From positions 4,836,001 through 4,900,000 of the forward strand of contig OZ024744.1 of assembly GCA_964016885.1 (NCBI GenBank): DNA of 64,000 bases. Reading direction: 5' to 3'. The notes beneath the pieces were generated by a model that ran no database searches, was not told the DNA's origin, and saw only the letters and a list, made by a program, of their open reading frames with translations. Positions 51,801-61,100 of this stretch are shown here, in pieces; the first letter of the stretch is position 1, and every line of letters begins with the position of its first letter. The translations under genes and the position numbers were made by a program. The DNA comes from Eledone cirrhosa (Eukaryota).

Positions 51801-54800
51801 GTGGTGTTGGTAGCAGAGGTCTATGTTGGTAGACAGTGGTGTTGGTAGCAGAGGTCTATCTTGGTAGTCAGTGGTGTTGGTAGCAGAGGTCTATCTTGGT
51901 AGACAGTGGTGTTGGTAGCAGAGGTCTATGTTGGTAGACAGTGAGGTTGGTAGCAAAGGTCTATCTAGGTAGACAGTGGTGTTGGTAGCAGAGGTCTATG
52001 TTGGTAGACAGTGGTGTTGGTAGCAGAGGTCTATCTTGGTAGATAGTGAGGTTGGTAGTAGAGGTCTATGTTGGTAGACATTGGTGTTGGTAGCAGAGTT
52101 CTATCTTGGTAGACAGTGGTGTTGGTAGCAGAGGTCTATGTTGGTAAACAGTGGTGTTGGTAATAGAGGTCTATCTTGGTAGACAGTGGTGTTGGTAGCA
52201 GATGTCTATCTTGGTAGACAGTGGTGTTGGTAGCAGAGGTCTATCTTGGTAGACAGTGGTGTTGGTAGGAGAGGTCTATCTTGGTAGACAGTGGTGTTGG
52301 TAGCAGAGGTCTATCTTGGTAGAAAGTGGTGTTGGTAGGAGAGGTCTATCTTGGTAGACAGTGGTGTTGGTAGCAGAGGTCTATCTTGGTAGACAGTGGT
52401 GTTGGTAGCAGAGGTCTATATTGGTAGACAGTGGTGTTGGTAGCAGATGTCTATCTTGGTAGACAGTGGTGTTGGTAGCAGAGGTCTATCTTGGTAGACA
52501 GTGGTGGTGGTAGCAGAGGTCTATCTTGTTAGACAGTGTTGTTGGTAGCAGAGGTCTATCTTAGTAGACAGTGGTGTTGGTAGCAGAGGTCTATCCTGGT
52601 AGACAGTGGTGTTGGTAGCAGAGGTCTATCTTGGTAGACAGTAGTGTTGGTAGCAGAGGTCTATCTTGGTAGACAGTGGTGTTGGTAGCTGAGGTCTAAC
52701 TTGGTAGACAGTGGTGTTGGTAGCAGAGGTCTATCTTAGTAGACAGTGGTTTGGTAGCAGAGGTCTACCTTGGTAGACAGTGGTGTCGGTAGCAGAGCTC
52801 TATCCTGGTAGACAGTGGTGTTGGTAGCAGAGGTCTATCTTGGTAGACAGTGAGGTTGGTAGCAGAGGTCTATGTTGGTAGACAGTGGTGTCGGTAGCAG
52901 AGCTCTATCTTGGTAGACAGTGGTGTTGGTAGCAGAAGTGTATCATGGTAGACAGTTAGGTTGGGAGCAGAGGTCTATGTTGGTAGACAGTGGTGTTGGT
53001 AGCAGAGGTCTATCTTGGTAGACAGTGGTGTTGGTAGCAGAGGTTTATCTTGGTAGACAGTGGTGTTGGTAGCAGAGGTCTATGTTGGTAGACAGTGGTG
53101 TTGGTAGCAGAGGTATATCTTGGTAGGCAGTGGTGTTGGTAGCAGAGCTCTATCTTGGTAGACAGTGGTGTTGGTAGCAGAGGTCTATGTTGGTAGAAAG
53201 TGAGGTTGGTAGCAGAGGTCTATCTTGGTAGACAGTGAGGGTGGTAGCAGAGGTCTATCTTGGTAGACAGAGGTGTTGGTAGCAGATGTCTATCTTGGTA
53301 GACAGTGAGGTTGGTATCAGAGGTCTATCTTGGTAGACAGTGAGGTTGGTAGCAGAGGTCTATGTTGGTAGACAGTGGTGTTGGTAGCATAGGTCTATCT
53401 TGGTAGACAGTGGTGTTGGTAGCAGAGGTCTATGTTGGTAGACAGTGGTGTTGGTAGTAGAGGTCTATCTTGGTAGACAGTGGTGTTGGTAGCAGATGTC
53501 TATCTTGGTAGACAGTGGTGTTGGTAGCAGAGGTCTATCTTGGTAGACAGTGGTGTTGGTAGCAAATATCTATCTTGGTAGACAGTGTTGTTGGTAGCAG
53601 AGGTCTATGTTGGTAGACAGTGGTGTTGGTAGTAGAGGTCTATCTTGGTAGACAGTGGTGTTGGTAGGAGATGTCTATCTTGGTAGACAGTGGTGTTGGT
53701 AGCAGAGGTCTATCTTGGTAGACAGTGGTGTTGGTAGCAGAGGTTAATCTTGGTAGACAGTGGTGTTGGTAGCAGAGGTCTATCTTGGTAGACAGTGGTG
53801 TTGGTAGCAGAGGTCTATCTTGCTAGACAGTGGTGTTGGTAGCAGAGGTCTATCTTGGTAGACAGTGGTGTTGGTAGCAGAGGTCTATGTTGGTAGAAAG
53901 TGAGGTTGGTAGCAGAGGTCTATGTTGGTAGACAGTGGTGTTGGTAGCAGAGGTCTATCTTGGTAGACAGTGGTGTTGGTAGAAGAGGTCTATGTTGGTA
54001 GACAGTGAGGTTGGTAGCAGAGGTCTATCTTGGCAGACAGTGAGGTTGGTAGCAGAGGTCTATCTTGGTAGACAGTGGTGTTGGTAGCAGAGGTCTATCT
54101 TGGTAGACAGTGTGGTTGGTAGCAGATGTCTATCTTGGTAGACAGTGGTGTTGGTAGCAGAGATCTATCTTGGTAGACAGTGAGGTTGGTAGCAGAGGTC
54201 TATCTTGGTAGACAGTGGTGTTGGTAGCAGAGGTCTATCTTGGTAGACAGTGGTGTTGGTAGCAGAGGTCTATGTTGGTAGACAGTGGTGTTGATAGCAG
54301 AGGTTAATCTTGGTAGACAGTGGTGTTGGTAGCAGAGGTCTATCTTGGTAGACAGTGGTGTTGGTAGCAGAGGTCTATCTTGGTAGACAGTGGTGTTGGT
54401 AGCAGAGGTCTATGTTGGTAGACAGTGGTGTTTGTAGCAGAGGACTATGTTGGTAGACAGTGGTGTTGGTAGCAGAGGTCTATCTTGGTAGACATTGAGG
54501 TTGGTAGCAGAGGTCTATCTTGGTAGACAGTGGTGTTGGTAGCAGAGATCTATGTTGGTAGACAGTGGTGTTGGTAGCAGAGGTCTATCTTAGTAGACAG
54601 TGGTGTTGGTAGCAGAGGTTTATCTTGGTAGACAGTGAAGTTGGTAGCAGAGGTCTATCTTGGTAGACAGTGAGGTTGGTAGCAGAGGTCTATCTTGGTA
54701 GACAGTGGTGTTGGTAGCAGAGGTCTATCTTGGTAGACAGTGAGGTTGGTAACAGATATCTATCTTGGTAGACATTGGTGTTCGTAGCAGAGGTCTATGT

Positions 54801-57800
54801 TGGTAGACAGTGGTGTTGGTAGCAAAGGTCTATCTTGGTAGTCAGTGGTGTTGGTAGCAGAGGTCTATCTTGGTAGACAGTGGTGTTGGTAGCAGAGGTC
54901 TATCTTGGTAGACAGTGGTGTTGGTAGCAGAGGTCTATGTTGGTAGACAGTGAGGTTGCTAGCAGAGGTCTATCTTGGTAGACAGTGGTGTTGGTAGCAG
55001 AGGTCTATCTTGGTAGACAGTGGTGTTGGTAGAAGAGGTCTATGTTGGTAGATAGTGAGGTTGGTAGCAGAGGTCTATCTTGGCAGACAGTGAGGTTGGT
55101 AGCAGAGGTCTATCTTGGTAGACAGTGGTGTTGGTAGCAGAGGTCTATCTTGGTAGACAGTGAGGTTGGTAGCAGATGTCTATCTTGGTAGACAGTGGTG
55201 TTGGTAGCAGAGATCTATCTTGGTAGACAGTGAGGTTGGTAGCAGAGGTCTATCTTGGTAGACAGTGGTGTTGGTAGCATAGGTCTATCTTGGTAGACAG
55301 TGGTGTTGGTAGCAGAGGTCTATGTTGGTAGACAGTGGTGTTGATAGCAGAGGTTAATCTTGGTAGACAGTGGTGTTGGTAGCAGAGGTCTATCTTGGTA
55401 GACAGTGGTGTTGGTAGCAGAGGTCTATCTTGGTAGACAGTGGTGTTGGTAGCAGAGGTCTATGTTGGTAGACAGTGGTGTTTGTAGCAGAGGACTATGT
55501 TGGTAGACAGTGGTGTTGGTAGCAGAGGTCTATCTTGGTAGACATTGAGGTTGGTAGCAGAGGTCTATCTTGGTAGACAGTGGTGTTGGTAGCAGAGATC
55601 TATGTTGGTAGACAGTGGTGTTGGTAGCAGAGGTCTATCTTAGTAGACAGTGGTGTTGGTAGCAGAGGTCTATCTTGGTAGACAGTGAAGTTGGTAGCAG
55701 AGGTCTATCTTGGTAGACAGTGAGGTTGGTAGCAGAGGTCTATCTTGGTAGACAGTGGTGTTGGTAGCAGAGGTCTATCTTGGTAGACAGTGAGGTTGGT
55801 AACAGAGGTCTATCTTGGTAGACAGTGGTGTTGTAGCAGAGGTCTATCTCGGTAGACAGTGAGGTTGGTAGCAGAGGTCTATGCTGGTAGACAGTGGTGT
55901 TGGTAGCAGAGGTCTATCTTGGTAGACAGTGGTGTTGGTAGCAGAGGTCTATCTTGGTAGACAGTGGTGTTGGTAGCAGAGGTCTATGTTTGTAGACAGT
56001 GAGGTTGCTAGCAGAGGTCTATCTTGGTAGACAGTGGTGTTGGTAGCAGAGGTCTATCTTGGTAGACAGTGAGGTTGGTATCAGAGGTCTATTATGGTAG
56101 ACAGTGGTGTTGGTAGCAGAGGTCTATGTTGGTAGACAGTGGTGTTGGTAGCAGAGGTCTATCTTGGTAGATAGTGAGGTTGGTAGTAGAGGTCTATGTT
56201 GGTAGACATTGGTGTTGGTAGCAGGGTTCTATCTTGGTAGACAGTGGTGTTGGTAGCAGAGGTCTATGTTGGTAGACAGTGGTGTTGGTGATAGAGGTCT
56301 ATCTTGGTAGACAGTGGTGTTGGTAGCAGATGTCTATCTTGGTAGACAGTGGTGTTGGTAGCAGAGGTCTAGCTTGGTAGACAGCGGTGTTGGTAGCAGA
56401 GGTCGATCTTGGTAGACAGTGGTGTTGGTAGCAGAGGTCTATCTTGGTAGACAGTGGTGTTGGTAGCAGATGTCTATCTTGGTAGACAGTGGTGTTGGTA
56501 GCAGAGATATATCTTGGTAGACAGTGGTGTTGGTAGCAGAGGTCGATCTTGGTAGACAGTGGTGTTGGTAGCAGAGGTCGATCTTGGTAGACAGTGGTGT
56601 TGGTAGCAGAGGTCTATCTTGGTAGACAGTGGTGTTGGTAGCAGAGGTCTATGTTGGTAGACAGTGGTGTTGGTAGCAGAGGTATATCTTGGTAGGCAGT
56701 GGTGTTGGTAGCAGAGCTCTATCTTGGTAGACAGTGGTGTTGGTAGCAGAGGTCTATCTTGGTAGACAGTGGTGTTGGTAGCAGAGGTCTTTCTTGGTAG
56801 ACAGTGGTGTTGGTAGCAGAGGTCTATGTTGGTAGAAAGTGAGGTTGGTAGCAGAGGTCTATCTTGGTAGAAAGTGGTGTTGGTAGGAGAGGTCTATCTT
56901 GGTAGACAGTGGTGTTGGTAACAGAGGTCTATCTTGGTAGACAGTGATGTTGGTAGCAGAGGTCTATATTGGTAGACAGTGGTGTTGGTAGCAGATGTCT
57001 ATCTTGGTAGACAGTGGTGTTGGTAGCAGAGGTCTATCTTGGTAGACAGTGGTGGTGGTAGCAGAGATCTATCTTGTTAGACAGTGTTGTTGGTAGCAGA
57101 GGTCTATCTTAGTAGACAGTGGTGTTGGTAGCAGAGGTCTATCCTGGTAGACAGTGGTGTTGGTAGCAGAGGTCTATCTTGGTAGACAGTAGTGTTGGTA
57201 GCAGAGGTCTATCTTGGTAGACAGTGGTGTTGGTAGCTGAGGTCTAACTTGGTAGACAGTGGTGTTGGTAGCAGAGGTCTATCTTAGTAGACAGTGGTGT
57301 TGGTAGCAGAGGTCTACCTTGGTAGACAGTGGTGTCGGTAGCAGAGCTCTATCCTGGTAGACAGTGGTGTTGGTAGCAGAGGTCTATCTTGGTAGACAGT
57401 GAGGTTGGTAGCAGAGGTCTATGTTGGTAGACAGTGGTGTCGGTAGCAGAGCTCTATCTTGGTAGACAGTGGTGTTGGTAGCAGAAGTCTATCTTGGTAG
57501 ACAGTGAGGTTGGGAGCAGAGGTCTATGTTGGTAGACAGTGGTGTTGGTAGCAGAGGTCTATGTTGGTAGACAGTGGTGTTGGTAGCAGAGGTTAATCTT
57601 GGTAGACAGTGGTGTTGGTAGCAGAGGTCTATCTTGGTAGACAGTGGTGTTGGTAGCAGAGATGTATCTTGGTAGACAGTAGTGTTGGTAGCAGGGGTCT
57701 ATGTTGGTAGACAGTGGTGTTTGTAGCAGAGGTCTATGTTGGTAGACAGTGGTGTTGGAAGCAGAGGTCTATCTTAGTAGACAGTGGTGTTGGTACAGAG

Positions 57801-59892
57801 GTCTATGTTGGTAGACAGTGAGGTTGGTAGCAGAGGTCTATATTGGTAGACAGTGAGGTTGGTAGCAGAGGTCTATCTTGGTAGACAGTGAGGTTGGTAG
57901 CAGAGCTCTATCTTGGTAGACAGTGGTGTTGGTAGCAGAGGTCTATCTTGGTAGACAGTGGTGTTGGTAGCAGAGGTTTATCTTGGTAGACAGTGGTGTT
58001 GGTAGCAGAGGTATATCTTGGTAGGCAGTGGTGTTGGTAGCAGAGCTCTATCTTGGTAGACAGTGGTGTTGGTAGCAGAAGTCTATCTTGGTAGACAGTG
58101 GTGTTGGTAGCAGAGGTCTATCTTGGTAGACAGTGGTGTTGCTAGCAGAGGTCTATCTTGGTAGACAGTGGTGTTGGTAGCAAAGGTCTATGTTGGTAGA
58201 CAGTGAGGTTGGTAGCAGCGGTCTATCTTGGTAGACAGTGGTGTTGGTAGCAGAGGTCTATGTTGGTAGACAGTGGTGTTGGTAGCAGAGGTATATCTTG
58301 GTAGGCAGTGGTGTTGGTAGCAGAGCTCTATCTTGGTAGACAGTGGTGTTGGTAGCAGAGGTCTATCTTGGTAGACAGTGGTGTTGGTAGCAGAAGTCTA
58401 TCTTGGTAGACAGTGGTGTTGGTTGCAGAGGTCTATCTTGGTAGACAGTGGTGTTGGTAGCAGAGGTCTATGTTTGTAGACAGTGAGGTTGGTAGCAGAG
58501 GTCTATGCTGGTAGACAGTGGTGTTGGTAGCAGAGGTCTATCTTGGTAGACAGTGGTGTTGGTAGCAGAGGTCTATCTTGGTAGACAGTGGTGTTGGTAG
58601 CAGAGGTCTATGTTTGTAGACAGTGAGGTTGCTAGCAGAGGTCTATCTTGGTAGACAGTGGTGTTGGTAGCAGAGGTCTATCTTGGTAGACAGTGAGGTT
58701 GGTATCAGAGGTCTATCTTGGTAGACAGTGGTGTTGGTAGCAGAGGTCTATGTTGGTAGACAGTGGTGTTGGTAGCAGAGGTCTATCTTGGTAGATAGTG
58801 AGGTTGGTAGTAGAGGTCTATGTTGGTAGACATTGGTGTTGGTAGCAGGGTTCTAACTTGGTAGACAGTGGTGTTGGTAGCAGAGGTCTATGTTGGTAGA
58901 CAGTGGTGTTGGTGATAGAGGTCTATCTTGGTAGACAGTGGTGTTGGTAGCAGATGTCTATCTTGGTAGACAGTGGTGTTGGTAGCAGAGGTCTAGCTTG
59001 GTAGACAGTGGTGTTGGTAGCAGAGGTCGATCTTGGTAGACAGTGGTGTTGGTAGCAGAGGTCTATCTTGGTAGACAGTGGTGTTGGTAGCAGATGTCTA
59101 TCTTGGTAGACAGTGGTGTTGGTAGCAGAGATATATCTTGGTAGACAGTGGTGTTGGTAGCAGAGGTCGATCTTGGTAGACAGTGGTGTTGGTAGCAGAG
59201 GTCGATCTTGGTAGACAGTGGTGTTGGTAGCAGAGGTCTATCTTGGTAGACAGTGGTGTTGGTAGCAGAGGTCTATGTTGGTAGACAGTGGTGTTGGTAG
59301 CAGAGGTATATCTTGGTAGGCAGTGGTGTTGGTAGCAGAGCTCTATCTTGGTAGACAGTGGTGTTGGTAGCAGAGGTCTATCTTGGTAGACAGTGGTGTT
59401 GGTAGCAGAGGTCTTTCTTGGTAGACAGTGGTGTTGGTAGCAGAGGTCTATGTTGGTAGAAAGTGAGGTTGGTAGCAGAGGTCTATCTTGGTAGAAAGTG
59501 GTGTTGGTAGGAGAGGTCTATCTTGGTAGACAGTGGTGTTGGTAACAGAGGTCTATCTTGGTAGACAGTGATGTTGGTAGCAGAGGTCTATATTGGTAGA
59601 CAGTGGTGTTGGTAGCAGATGTCTATCTTGGTAGACAGTGGTGTTGGTAGCAGAGGTCTATCTTGGTAGACAGTGGTGGTGGTAGCAGAGGTCTATCTTG
59701 TTAGACAGTGTTGTTGGTAGCAGAGGTCTATCTTAGTAGACAGTGGTGTTGGTAGCAGAGGTCTATCCTGGTAGACAGTGGTGTTGGTAGCAGAGGTCTA
59801 TCTTGGTAGACAGTAGTGTTGGTAGCAGAGGTCTATCTTGGTAGACAGTGGTGTTGGTAGCTGAGGTCTAACTTGGTAGACAGTGGTGTTGA
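37400..59892 (+). repeat. ~11.3-kb (323-monomer) tandem duplication: 37400-48698 and 48699-~59892
   Basis: Offset 11299 (AGGCCT 37441/48740; CTCGG 44551/55850), then 11159 after a 4-monomer difference (AGATGTATC 46501/57660), then 11194 after a 1-monomer difference (GCAGGGTTCTAAC 47651/58845; TTGATA variant 48698/59892). 11299+6 deletions = 323 x 35. Confidence 0.92.
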
Positions 59893-61100
59893 TAGCAGAG
59901 GTCTATCTTAGTAGACAGTGGTGTTGGTAGCAGAGGTCTACCTTGGTAGACAGTGGTGTCGGTAGCAGAGCTCTATCCTGGTAGACAGTGGTGTTGGTAG
60001 CAGAGGTCTATCTTGGTAGACAGTGAGGTTGGTAGCAGAGGTCTATGTTGGTGGACAGTGGTGTCGGTAGCAGAGCTCTATCTTGGTAGACAGTGGTGTT
60101 GGTAGCAGAAGTCTATCTTGGTAGACAGTGAGGTTGGGAGCAGAGGTCTATGTTGGTAGACAGTGGTGTTGGTAGCAGAGGTCTATGTTGGTAGACAGTG
60201 GTGTTGGTAGCAGAGGTTAATCTTGGTAGACAGTGGTGTTGGTAGCAGAGGTCTATCTTGGTAGACAGTGGTGTTGGTAGCAGAGATGTATCTTGGTAGA
60301 CAGTAGTGTTGGTAGCAGGGGTCTATGTTGGTAGACAGTGGTGTTTGTAGCAGAGGTCTATGTTGGTAGACAGTGGTGTTGGAAGCAGAGGTCTATCTTA
60401 GTAGACAGTGGTGTTGGTACAGAGGTCTATGTTGGTAGACAGTGAGGTTGGTAGCAGAGGTCTATATTGGTAGACAGTGAGGTTGGTAGCAGAGGTCTAT
60501 CTTGGTAGACAGTGAGGTTGGTAGCAGAGCTCTATCTTGGTAGACAGTGGTGTTGGTAGCAGAGGTCTATCTTGGTAGACAGTGGTGTTGGTAGCAGAGG
60601 TTTATCTTGGTAGACAGTGGTGTTGGTAGCAGAGGTCTATGTTGGTAGACAGTGGTGTTGGTAGCAGAGGTATATCTTGGTAGGCAGTGGTGTTGGTAGC
60701 AGAGCTCTATCTTGGTAGACAGTGGTGTTGGTAGCAGAAGTCTATCTTGGTAGACAGTGGTGTTGGTAGCAGAGGTCTATCTTGGTAGACAGTGGTGTTG
60801 CTAGCAGAGGTCTATCTTGGTAGACAGTGGTGTTGGTAGCAAAGGTCTATGTTGGTAGACAGTGAGGTTGGTAGCAGCGGTCTATCTTGGTAGACAGTGG
60901 TGTTGGTAGCAGAGGTCTATGTTGGTAGACAGTGGTGTTGGTAGCAGAGGTATATCTTGGTAGGCAGTGGTGTTGGTAGCAGAGCTCTATCTTGGTAGAC
61001 AGTGGTGTTGGTAGCAGAGGTCTATCTTGGTAGACAGTGGTGTTGGTAGCAGAAGTCTATCTTGGTAGACAGTGGTGTTGGTTGCAGAGGTCTATCTTGG
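55860..61100 (+). repeat. 2624-bp (75-monomer) tandem duplication; a truncated counterpart lies at ~44560-48698
   Basis: ATGCTGG 55881/58505 and AGATGTA 57660/60284. The offset becomes 2659 after one extra monomer near 60630 (GGTTGCAG 58421/61080). Counterpart offsets are 2729 (44991/47720) and 2589 (45781/48370). Confidence 0.87.
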
